In this document: positions 55,536-64,000 of the stretch, piece after piece
How the letters are laid out: every line of letters starts with the position of its first letter
Position numbering within the stretch: position 1 is the stretch's first letter
Origin: Nitrospira sp.
GTDB taxonomy: Bacteria; Nitrospirota; Nitrospiria; Nitrospirales; Nitrospiraceae
Length of the DNA stretch: 64,000 bases
Direction of reading: 5' to 3'
Assembly (NCBI GenBank): GCA_047150005.1
Contig: AP038806.1
Location: 1,728,001-1,792,000 of the forward strand
The notes under the pieces: model-generated
The model's database searches: none
Told to the model about the DNA's origin: nothing
The model's input: only the letters and a program-made list of their open reading frames with translations
Position numbers and translations under genes: made by a program

Positions 55536-57025
55536 CAGGCAGACCTCTTGATCGGGAGAGAGAAATGAAAGGTGGCTCCCTGATCAAGGGCGCCGTCCGC
55601 CCAGGTCCGGCCGCCGTGCCGATGAATGATCCGTCTCACATTGGCCAATCCGATGCCGGTTCCTTCAAATTCGTCGTTTCGATGCAGCCGCTGAAACACA
55701 CCGAAGAGCTTGTTGACGTATTGCATGTCGAATCCGACCCCGTTGTCGCGCACGAACAACTCGACCTCGCCCGGCGCGCCGTCCCGGGCGCCGATTTCAA
55801 TCTTCGGCTCGTTCCTCGTCGCCGTAAACTTGACGGCGTTGGAAACGAGATTCATGTACACCTGTCTCAACATGGCCGGATCGGCGGATACCTCGGGCAA
55901 CGGGCCAATTGTCCAGGAGATGGGCTTGGCTTGCAAGTCAAGCCGCAAATCATGAATGACGGTCTTCACCAGCTGATTGAGATCGACCGTGGCGTGCAGC
56001 ATTTCCTGACGGCCCATGCGGGAGAACACGAGAAGGTCGTCGATGAGCTGACCCATCTGCTTGGCGGACTCTGAAATCGTCTGGAGATAGCGCTGCGCCT
56101 TGTCGGTCAGCGTCGCGCCCGCCGTCTTGGCCAGGAGCGATGCATAGCCGTCGATGTGACGAAGCGGGGCACGGAGATCGTGGGACACGGAATAGCTGAA
56201 GGCCTCCAGTTCCTTGTTGGCGGCTTGGAGAAGCTCCCCGCGGCGCTTGAGCTCGGCTGCGATGCGGCGGCGCGCCGTCACGTCGTAATGAATCAGGTAG
56301 TAGACGGAGGCGAGGAGTACCAATTGCAGCAGCGCGCCGAGGACCAGCAGGGCGATGGTATTGCGGGTGCTCGCCGTCGATTGGACGACTCGGGCTTGGG
56401 TCAGGCGTTGTTCATCGGATTCAAGCTCGGCAATCACGGCGTGAATCTCGGAGAGTTCGTGCTTCGCGACGCCGGAAAGGGCGAGATGCCGGACGCCCTC
56501 CGCGCCGCGGCGCTCGCGCTCGGCGATTGCCGCGACTTCGGTTTGGATTTGCCGATTGATCAACTCCTCCAGTCGCACTACGCGAGGCGCATGTTCTGGC
56601 GTATCGGCGGTGAGTAATTCGAGATAGCGGAAATATTCCGGAGCCTGCTCCAGGACGGCGCGGTGCGCTTTCAGATAGGAATCGTCGCCCGTCACCAGAA
56701 AGCGACGGTGGCCGTTCTCCGCGGCATCGAGGGTTTGGCCGATGGAGGCCAGCAGTTGGATGAGCTCGTGACTTGCGGTGTCGAGCTGGCTGTTACGGAC
56801 GACAACGGAGGTATTGCGATAGGAAATGGCACTAATGACGACGATACCGGCAAACACGAGGCCGAAGCCGGCCAGCACCCGTTGTTCGATCGACCACCGG
56901 GTTGCCCAAGCCGGCAGTCTCAGGCGGGGTGGCGTGCGAACCTTTGGCGAGGTCGATAGGGCGTCTGACGGATCAGGCGAAACGACCGGTAAGGAGGTTG
57001 GGCGGTCCTGAGTGGCTGATTCCAT
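55535..57025 (-). CDS. CHASE3 sensor histidine kinase
   Basis: Two TM segments flanking AENGHRRFLVTGDDSYL (CHASE3-like); ELEAFSYSVSHDLRAPLRH; DNGVGF; GTGIGL. Confidence 0.9.
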   Translation of the reverse strand: MESATQDRPTSLPVVSPDPSDALSTSPKVRTPPRLRLPAWATRWSIEQRVLAGFGLVFAGIVVISAISYRNTSVVVRNSQLDTASHELIQLLASIGQTLDAAENGHRRFLVTGDDSYLKAHRAVLEQAPEYFRYLELLTADTPEHAPRVVRLEELINRQIQTEVAAIAERERRGAEGVRHLALSGVAKHELSEIHAVIAELESDEQRLTQARVVQSTASTRNTIALLVLGALLQLVLLASVYYLIHYDVTARRRIAAELKRRGELLQAANKELEAFSYSVSHDLRAPLRHIDGYASLLAKTAGATLTDKAQRYLQTISESAKQMGQLIDDLLVFSRMGRQEMLHATVDLNQLVKTVIHDLRLDLQAKPISWTIGPLPEVSADPAMLRQVYMNLVSNAVKFTATRNEPKIEIGARDGAPGEVELFVRDNGVGFDMQYVNKLFGVFQRLHRNDEFEGTGIGLANVRRIIHRHGGRTWADGALDQGATFHFSLPIKRSA

Positions 57026-57154
57026 GGCTGAGCGAAGCCGGTCAGCGGGACGGGCACGGGGCGCCAGCTTACGGAACTCTACTCTGGGGCTGACCGTGCT
57101 GCAAGCAATATTTCAGTCGAGAAACGGAATGGGGTCAAGGACACGGATGAGGCG

Positions 57155-58657
57155 TCAGCCACCCGAAGGGATGACCAGGGGAGGTGCGGGGAGCGAGGCA
57201 GCGGGGCCGGCCAGGTCGCTGAACATCATCGTCGCCGAGACCACCCAATCGATGGCGGGCTGCGGATACACGCCGATAATCAGGGTGCCGGCCAGCCCGA
57301 TGTACACGACGGCCCTCATCGGACCTGACACCGTCAGCGGTGAAGGATCGTGGGGCTCGACGATGTACATCTTCTTGACGACGATCAAATAGTAATACAG
57401 CGAAATGACGATGTTGATCAGCCCCACGGTGATCAAGGTGTACAGACCTTCTTTGATGGCTGCGACGAAAATATAGAGCTTGCCGATAAACCCCGCCAAC
57501 GGCGGCACACCGGCTAGAGACAGCAGGAAGATCAGCATCGAGAAGGCCAGAAACGGCGAGCGCCGGCCCAGGCCGCTGTAGTCGTCGATTTCTTCACTGC
57601 CGATGGCCTGGCTGACCACAATGACGATGGCAAAGGCGCCAAGATTCGCAAAGAGATAGGTCAAGAGGTAGAACAGGATCGCGTCGTTCCCCATTTTCGT
57701 CCCGGCCGCCAGGCCGATCAACACGTTGCCGATCTGGGCGATGCCGGAGTAGGCCAGAAGCCGCTTGATGTTCCGTTGGGCGATGGCCACGATATTGCCG
57801 TACGTCATGGAGAGGACGGAGGCCGCCACAAGGATCAACACCCAGGTCGGTTTGAACGTGGCGAGCGCGACGAAGAACATGCGGAGCAGGATGGCGAAGG
57901 CCGCCCCTTTGGGGGCGATCGACAGGAACGCCGTGACCGGTGTCGGCGAGCCGTGGTAAGTATCGGGAATCCAGGAATGAAACGGCACCGCCCCGATCTT
58001 GAATCCCAAGGCCCCGAAAATGAGCAGGAACCCGATGATGAGCCCCGGTGTGGCTTGGGAAGACTTCATATCGGAGAAGACCAGTTTACCGGTTTCACCA
58101 TAGACGAGGCTGATCCCGTAAGCCAACAGCCCGGCGGCAAAGACTCCCAGGATGAAGAACTTCAGTCCGGCTTCGTTGGAGGCCACATCCTCGCGCAGGT
58201 AGGAGACCAGCACGTAGAACCCGAAGGTCGAGAATTCCAACGTCACGAAGACTGAGAGCAAGTCGTTGGCCGAAGCCATGAACATCATGCCCAGTGCCGA
58301 CATCGCGACGAGGAAGTAGTATTCGCCGCGGAAAAACGTGAACCGGTGTACGAACTCGATCGAGGCGAGAATCACCAGGATCGTCGCGGCCACGATGAAG
58401 ACCTTGAAGAACAAGGCCATGCGGTCGACCACAAACATGTTCGAGAAGAGGGTGCCGGTGATCCCGAACACGTCGAAACAGACCAAGCAGGCCAGCGTGC
58501 CCCCGAGCCCGACGATGCTCAGATAGGCCAGGTGCTCTTTCGGCAGACGGGGAAACGAGAAATCCACGATGAGCAGCACACAGAGCCAGCAGGTCAGGAT
58601 GATCTCGGGCAGCAGAAGAAGCAGATCCGCCGGCGACATGTTCAAGGAGAAGGTCAT
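57155..58657 (-). CDS. nuoN: NADH-quinone oxidoreductase subunit N
   Basis: EAGLKFFILG, FKIGAVPFHSWIPDTY.GSP, NIKRLLAYSGI, SLAGVPP. Confidence 0.95.
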   Translation of the reverse strand: MTFSLNMSPADLLLLLPEIILTCWLCVLLIVDFSFPRLPKEHLAYLSIVGLGGTLACLVCFDVFGITGTLFSNMFVVDRMALFFKVFIVAATILVILASIEFVHRFTFFRGEYYFLVAMSALGMMFMASANDLLSVFVTLEFSTFGFYVLVSYLREDVASNEAGLKFFILGVFAAGLLAYGISLVYGETGKLVFSDMKSSQATPGLIIGFLLIFGALGFKIGAVPFHSWIPDTYHGSPTPVTAFLSIAPKGAAFAILLRMFFVALATFKPTWVLILVAASVLSMTYGNIVAIAQRNIKRLLAYSGIAQIGNVLIGLAAGTKMGNDAILFYLLTYLFANLGAFAIVIVVSQAIGSEEIDDYSGLGRRSPFLAFSMLIFLLSLAGVPPLAGFIGKLYIFVAAIKEGLYTLITVGLINIVISLYYYLIVVKKMYIVEPHDPSPLTVSGPMRAVVYIGLAGTLIIGVYPQPAIDWVVSATMMFSDLAGPAASLPAPPLVIPSGG

Positions 58658-60342
58658 GGTGCGACCTCCGAGGTTCGGCGGGCCAGATGAGGGAGCGCCG
58701 CGGTGGCGGCATCACCGATCGAGGGAGCGGACAGGGGCACGGCATCAGGAGGTGCCGATGCCACCGGAACGACGCGCGTGACTCTGGCGACGAGCGGATC
58801 GACCCCCGACCGCACGACGTTGTACAGATGCATCGGGAAGAGTCCGAATCCCACGCTGACGGCGATCATGATCAACAGGGGCAAGCGGTCCACCATCGCG
58901 ATGGCATCCTGCGAGTGGCTGTACTTCTGGTCCATCGGGCCGTAGAAGAGCCCCCGCATCATCTTGAAAAGATACGCGAGCGTCAGAACGATGCCGACGA
59001 CGGCGATGATGACTTGCAGGGGATATTTGTTCCAGCTTCCCACGATGATCATGACCTCGGCGATGAAGTTCACGGTGCCGGGCATGCCGATGGAGGCCAT
59101 GCAGCCGACGACGAAACAGCCGGCGATGAACGGCATGCGGTTTGACAAACCGCCGAGGGAGGGAATGTCGCGCGTATGGGTTTGATCGTAGACCCAGCCT
59201 GCCATGGCGAAGAGCATGCCGGTGGCCATGGCGTGGGCGAACATGTAGATCACCGCCCCACTGAGGCTGATGTAATCCAATGCGGCCATGCCCAGGAACA
59301 CATATCCCATATGGCTGGAGCTGGAATAGCCGATGACATATTTCGTGTCCTTGGCATAAAAAGCCACGAAGCCGCCGTAAATGATGCTGAAGACACACAG
59401 AACCGCGGCAATCGGCATGAGTTCGCGGGTCGTCTCAGGCAGAATTTCGAATGCCACTCGAATGATCGAGAAGTGTCCGAGTTTCATCAGGACGCCGGCG
59501 TGAAGCATGCTGGTGGCGGCCGGTGCGGCCGCATGGCCGACCGGAGACCAGGAGTGCAACGGCCAAAGCGGGGCGATTGAAGCAAATCCGAAGAAGATCA
59601 AAATCCAAATGATCTTGTCCAGTGTCGTTCCGAGAACCGGGATGTTCAGAAGCTTGGCTTGTTCGCGCAGCACCAGGATGTCGAAGGTGTTCAGTCCTGC
59701 GTACTTGTAGATCAAGAGAATACCCATCAAGGCGACGACTGCGAACGCCGAGAGGAACAGCACCAGTTTCATGGCTGCGTATTCCTTGCTGTTCGCGCCG
59801 AAGTTGAAAATGAACCCCACAGAATCCCGGAGCTTCAGACCGTCGGCATCCGTCATCTCGAGATATTTCTTGGTGTGGCTTCCCCACATGCCGAGCAGCA
59901 GGTACATGGGGATCACGGACATTTCGTAGAAGAAATACAAAAAGAAGAGATCCAGGGACATGAAGACGCCGATGGTGGCAGCGGCGAGGATCAGCAGCCA
60001 GATGTAGAACTCTTTCGTCCGATCCTTGATGTGCCAGGACACGAAGATGCCGGCGAACAGCAGGATGGACGAGGCAAGTACCAGAGGAGTGCCGATCCCG
60101 TCCACGCCGAGGTGCAAGGAGATGCCAAGCTGCCGGGACCATTCGAACTTTTGAACGAATTGGAAGCCTCCCGCGATGGGATCGTAGGCATAGAAGACAT
60201 ACAAGGACACCAGGAGCGACACAAAGGCCGAGAAGGCTGCAATGCCCCGCACGAGCAAGGCCTGGCGGTTGGAGACGAAGATCAATGCAATGGCACCGGC
60301 AAAAGGCGCGAACAGAATGTACAGCAGCGCGTAGTCGCTCAT
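58654..60342 (-). CDS. nuoM: NADH-quinone oxidoreductase subunit M (second copy)
   Basis: GVDGI, FFYEMSVIPMY, PLHSWSP.GH.AAP, LMKLG, YSSSSHMG, G.PGT.NF.AE. Confidence 0.92.
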   Translation of the reverse strand: MSDYALLYILFAPFAGAIALIFVSNRQALLVRGIAAFSAFVSLLVSLYVFYAYDPIAGGFQFVQKFEWSRQLGISLHLGVDGIGTPLVLASSILLFAGIFVSWHIKDRTKEFYIWLLILAAATIGVFMSLDLFFLYFFYEMSVIPMYLLLGMWGSHTKKYLEMTDADGLKLRDSVGFIFNFGANSKEYAAMKLVLFLSAFAVVALMGILLIYKYAGLNTFDILVLREQAKLLNIPVLGTTLDKIIWILIFFGFASIAPLWPLHSWSPVGHAAAPAATSMLHAGVLMKLGHFSIIRVAFEILPETTRELMPIAAVLCVFSIIYGGFVAFYAKDTKYVIGYSSSSHMGYVFLGMAALDYISLSGAVIYMFAHAMATGMLFAMAGWVYDQTHTRDIPSLGGLSNRMPFIAGCFVVGCMASIGMPGTVNFIAEVMIIVGSWNKYPLQVIIAVVGIVLTLAYLFKMMRGLFYGPMDQKYSHSQDAIAMVDRLPLLIMIAVSVGFGLFPMHLYNVVRSGVDPLVARVTRVVPVASAPPDAVPLSAPSIGDAATAALPHLARRTSEVAP

Positions 60343-60346
60343 GGTG

Positions 60347-61906
60347 TCAATCGACCTTCTCGTGGGACGGGATTCCGGCGGCCGCAACGGTCGCGTGATT
60401 GAGCCGATCGACCAGGGCCTGCACCGATCCGTTCATCATGCGCAGAAACGGGGACGGATAGAGTCCGATCCACAGGATCATGATGGAAAGGGACACGGCG
60501 ATCACCGTTTCCCGAGGGTGCAGATCGGCGATCGAATCCTTCACCGCCTGACCGACGGGTCCGAGGATCGCCCGTTCGTAATACCACAGAAAATAGGCGG
60601 CGCCGGTGATGACACCCGTCACGGCGATCGCTCCGTATATCCAATTGGCCTTGAACGTGCCCAGTAGAATGAGAAATTCGCCCACGAACCCGTTCGTGCC
60701 CGGAAGCCCGATCGACGCAAGGCCGATCAGCAAAAAGAACGACGCCAGCAACGGGGTATGTTTTGCCATCCCCCCGAATGCTGCCAATTGAGTGGTGTGC
60801 TGCCTCGTGTAGAGAAAGCCGGCGATGAAGAACAGGCCGGCCGTACTGAATCCCAAATTGATCATGGTCAGCAGGCTGCCTTGGAGTCCCTGATAATTCA
60901 GGGCGAACAGGCCGACCACGACAAACCCGAGGTGGCTGATGCTGCTGTAGGCCAGGAGCCGACGCAAGTCGAGCTGGACCAGCGCCATGATCGCTCCGTA
61001 CACGATGGCCGCCAGTCCCAAGCTCATGACCACGAGCACCACGGTCTTGCTCGTGGCCGCATCGGGGAGCAGCGGGATGCTGAAGCGCAAGAATCCGAAG
61101 GTGCCCAGTTTGACGCCCGCCAGCATCACGGCCATGCCCACGGGGCCTTCCAACAGGGCGTCCGGCAGCCAGGTGTGAAACGGAAAGACCGGGGCTTTGA
61201 ACGCGAAGCCGAGGAACATCAGCCAGAAGATCAACACTTGTTGGCTGAGGGGAATGGGGACGGTCAGCAATTCAAGGAAGTCGAAGGAATACAGACGGTC
61301 CATGCGATGAACCGTCGCCCAATTGTGGTAGTTGATGTCCAGAAGGGCGATGCCGACCAGCATGAACACGCTGCCCAGAAGGGTGTACAGGACGTATTTC
61401 AGGGCCGCATAGTGGCGCTCGGCCCCTCCTCCCCACAACTTGATCAGGAAGTAGCTCGGAATCAGCATGAGCTCCCAGAAGACGAAGAAGAGGATGAGAT
61501 CCAGGGAGATGAAAATACCCATGGTGGCGGTTTCCAACGCCAGCAGGGACATCATGTAGAGCTTCATCTGATGCCGGATCGTGTCCCAGGAGTAGATGAC
61601 GACCAGCACGGTCAAAAAGGCCGTCAGTCCGACGAACAAGATGCTGATGCCGTCGACCGCCAGGTGGTAACTGATGCCGAGCGCTGGAATCCATTGAACC
61701 CGTTCGACGAATTGCATGGCCGCCGAATCCGGTACAAAACGGACCATGACGAAGATCGTCAGGGCCAGCTCGACCAGTGAGACCGTGAGAGCGGACGTCC
61801 TCAGCATATCTTCGTCGTCGATCAGCCACAGAACGGCGGCACCGGCGAGCGGAAAGAAGAGGATGCAGGACAAGATGGGAAACGTGGATGAGAGTTCTTC
61901 TAGCAT
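60347..61906 (-). CDS. nuoM: NADH-quinone oxidoreductase subunit M (first copy)
   Basis: AVDGIS, FWELMLIPSY, KAPVFPFHTWLPDA, LLAYSSISHLG, GLPGTNGFVGEF. Confidence 0.95.
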   Translation of the reverse strand: MLEELSSTFPILSCILFFPLAGAAVLWLIDDEDMLRTSALTVSLVELALTIFVMVRFVPDSAAMQFVERVQWIPALGISYHLAVDGISILFVGLTAFLTVLVVIYSWDTIRHQMKLYMMSLLALETATMGIFISLDLILFFVFWELMLIPSYFLIKLWGGGAERHYAALKYVLYTLLGSVFMLVGIALLDINYHNWATVHRMDRLYSFDFLELLTVPIPLSQQVLIFWLMFLGFAFKAPVFPFHTWLPDALLEGPVGMAVMLAGVKLGTFGFLRFSIPLLPDAATSKTVVLVVMSLGLAAIVYGAIMALVQLDLRRLLAYSSISHLGFVVVGLFALNYQGLQGSLLTMINLGFSTAGLFFIAGFLYTRQHTTQLAAFGGMAKHTPLLASFFLLIGLASIGLPGTNGFVGEFLILLGTFKANWIYGAIAVTGVITGAAYFLWYYERAILGPVGQAVKDSIADLHPRETVIAVSLSIMILWIGLYPSPFLRMMNGSVQALVDRLNHATVAAAGIPSHEKVD

Positions 61907-61915
61907 GCTCGTGAT

Positions 61916-63880
61916 TTATCGTTGTACGATGAACTGCACGACCAGCGCCAGCAAGAACAGCCCCGCCACGATGATCGCGGCATAGTGATGGACCATGCCG
62001 CTTTGCAGCTGGCGCCATTGTCTGGCGATGAGATGATTGCCGTATCCGATGACGTTGAGACCGCCGTAGATGACGTGTTTCTCGATCCATGTCGATCCCG
62101 CGGCACCCAGTTCGGCAAGCTGGCCGACGGCCCGCACGAGACCGTCGATGACGGTACGATCGAACCAGTCCAGCAGGAGCCCGAGTTTCTTGGTCGGCTC
62201 GACAAACAACAGGTCGTAGAGTTCGTCGACGTAATATTTGTTCAACAGGAGTCGGTAGACCGGCTCGGCTCTCGCTGCCCAGCGGTCCGGAGTGGCCGGA
62301 GAGATGCTGTAGAAATAGTGGGCCAAACCCCAGCCGAGAAAGGCGATCCCAGTGGCGATCATCATCAGGGTCAGAACCAAACCGGTGCTCACGTCGTGCT
62401 CGCTCCCTGCGCCGACGACCGGAGCCAGGAAATGATGGAGCCAGCCCTGTTCCGGAGGGAACCCCAGGAATCCTCCGACGAGTGACAGCGCACCGAGCAC
62501 GGTCAGCGGGGCGATCATGACTGTCGGGGACTCATGGACATGTGCTTCGGTGTGATGATCCATTCGTGACTGGCCATAGAAGGTCAGATACGTCAAGCGG
62601 AACATGTAGAACGCGGTCAGGAACGCTCCGGCTGCCGCCATGCCGTACAGCAGGTACCGGTGATGGGTGAAGGCATGCGCCATGATCTCGTCCTTGCTCC
62701 AAAAACCTGCCAACGGAGGGATTCCGGCGATGGCGATGGTGCCGATGAGGAACAGCCGGTACGTCCACGGAATCTTCGAGCTCAGTCCCCCCATGTTCCG
62801 GATATCCTGCTCCCCTCCCAGCGCGTGAATGACGGACCCGGCGGAGAGAAACAACAGTGCTTTGAAAAAGGCGTGCGTCATGAGATGGAAAATGGCGGCG
62901 GTATATGCGCCGATGCCGCAGCCGAGAAACATATAGCCGAGCTGACTGACGGTGGAATAGGCCAAGACCCGCTTGATGTCGGTTTGCACCAACCCGATGG
63001 TGGCGGCAAACAGCGCCGTGGCGCCGCCGATCAGTCCCACGATGTCCATCGCGGTGGGCGACAAGTCGAAAATGGCGTGATTTCGGACGATCATATACAC
63101 GCCCGCCGTCACCATGGTGGCCGCATGGATGAGGGCGCTGACGGGGGTCGGACCTTCCATCGCATCGGGAAGCCATGTATAGAGCGGAATCTGGGCCGAT
63201 TTCCCGACGGCGCCCACGAGCAGGCACAGCGCGATGGCCGTGGCCATGTCGGGAGACAGCTGACCGACCTGCGGGAAGACTTGGGTGTAGTCCAGCGTGC
63301 GGAAGTTGATGAAGACTAGAAAAATCGCCAGGAGGAATCCGGCATCGCCGATGCGGTTGACGACGAAGGCTTTCGAGGCCGCTTTGGCCGCCGAGATCTT
63401 GTCATAGTAGTAGCCGATCAACAGGTAGGAGCAGAGGCCCACGCCCTCCCACCCGATGAAGAGCACCACATAGTTGTTGCCCATCACGAGGAGGAGCATC
63501 GACACCATGAAGAGGTTCATATAGGTGAAGAAGCGCGTGAAGCCGGTCTCCCCGTGCATGTAGCCGACAGAATAGACATGGATCAGGAAGCCGACGCCCG
63601 TCACCACGAGCAGCATGACGCAGGTGAGGGGATCGACGAGGTAGGCCAGATTGATCGTCAGGTCGCCGCCGAAGATCCACCGATATGCCACGACTTCTTG
63701 CGCGGCTCCGGTGCGGAGGACGTCGATGAACACGCCGATCGTCGAGAGGAACGAGAGGCCCACCGAGCCCCAGGCCAGACGGTGCGCGGTTTCATGGGAC
63801 CAGCGGCGGCCGGCCAATCCGTTGGCGATGGCCGCCAGGAGGGGAAACACCGGGATCAATTTAATCAGCAGTTCGGTCAC
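61916..63880 (-). CDS. nuoL: NADH-quinone oxidoreductase subunit L
   Basis: WEGVGLCSY, NRIGD, GKSAQIPLYTWLPDAMEGPTPVSALIHAATMV, LAYSTVSQLG. Confidence 0.97.
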   Translation of the reverse strand: MTELLIKLIPVFPLLAAIANGLAGRRWSHETAHRLAWGSVGLSFLSTIGVFIDVLRTGAAQEVVAYRWIFGGDLTINLAYLVDPLTCVMLLVVTGVGFLIHVYSVGYMHGETGFTRFFTYMNLFMVSMLLLVMGNNYVVLFIGWEGVGLCSYLLIGYYYDKISAAKAASKAFVVNRIGDAGFLLAIFLVFINFRTLDYTQVFPQVGQLSPDMATAIALCLLVGAVGKSAQIPLYTWLPDAMEGPTPVSALIHAATMVTAGVYMIVRNHAIFDLSPTAMDIVGLIGGATALFAATIGLVQTDIKRVLAYSTVSQLGYMFLGCGIGAYTAAIFHLMTHAFFKALLFLSAGSVIHALGGEQDIRNMGGLSSKIPWTYRLFLIGTIAIAGIPPLAGFWSKDEIMAHAFTHHRYLLYGMAAAGAFLTAFYMFRLTYLTFYGQSRMDHHTEAHVHESPTVMIAPLTVLGALSLVGGFLGFPPEQGWLHHFLAPVVGAGSEHDVSTGLVLTLMMIATGIAFLGWGLAHYFYSISPATPDRWAARAEPVYRLLLNKYYVDELYDLLFVEPTKKLGLLLDWFDRTVIDGLVRAVGQLAELGAAGSTWIEKHVIYGGLNVIGYGNHLIARQWRQLQSGMVHHYAAIIVAGLFLLALVVQFIVQR

Positions 63881-63925
63881 GGTACGTTCCTGTTTTCGGC
63901 AGGGGCGGCCTGACGCACTCGAGGC

Positions 63926-64000
63926 TCACCACTTCAACAGATTCATTTCGTCGACGTTGGTCGAAATTTTCCCTCTGAACACCACGATGATGATCGCGAG
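63926..64000 (-). CDS. nuoK: NADH-quinone oxidoreductase subunit K, C-terminal end
   Basis: LAIIIVVFRGKISTNVDEMNLLKW* immediately upstream of nuoL. Confidence 0.85.
   Translation of the reverse strand, partial: LAIIIVVFRGKISTNVDEMNLLKW

Overview
A GC-rich bacterial chromosomal segment, most likely from Nitrospira/Nitrospirota (inferred from the nuoK-L-M-M-N '2M' complex I and overall gene content). Left to right: a PAS-kinase/receiver/hybrid-kinase signalling cluster; a lower-GC XamI-like restriction-modification pair with its own sigma70 promoter; a stress/storage block (holin-3_6-like, hemerythrin, treY, glgC, BON, two MFS); a stretch of gene remnants (SOD, cytochrome c peroxidase-like) with small stress genes; sthA, an HtrA protease and an SPFH lipoprotein; a Rossmann-fold kinase/NarL pair; nrdR-glyA-rplI; a degenerate SF1 helicase-like gene; tRNA-Leu(CAG); TIGR01777, DUF523-DUF1722 and CbiX genes; an orphan tail-sheath fragment; a large two-partner secretion adhesin with near-identical internal duplications; pyrE; a second three-gene signalling module; and the complex I membrane arm. 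The most striking unannotated signal is a 16-bp quasi-palindrome (CTAGGG-N4-TCCCAG) found at seven intergenic sites. It is always oriented with transcription and, in six cases, lies 23-24 bp upstream of a -10-like hexamer, suggesting an undescribed general-stress regulon. All family calls come from motif recognition by eye; no searches were run.
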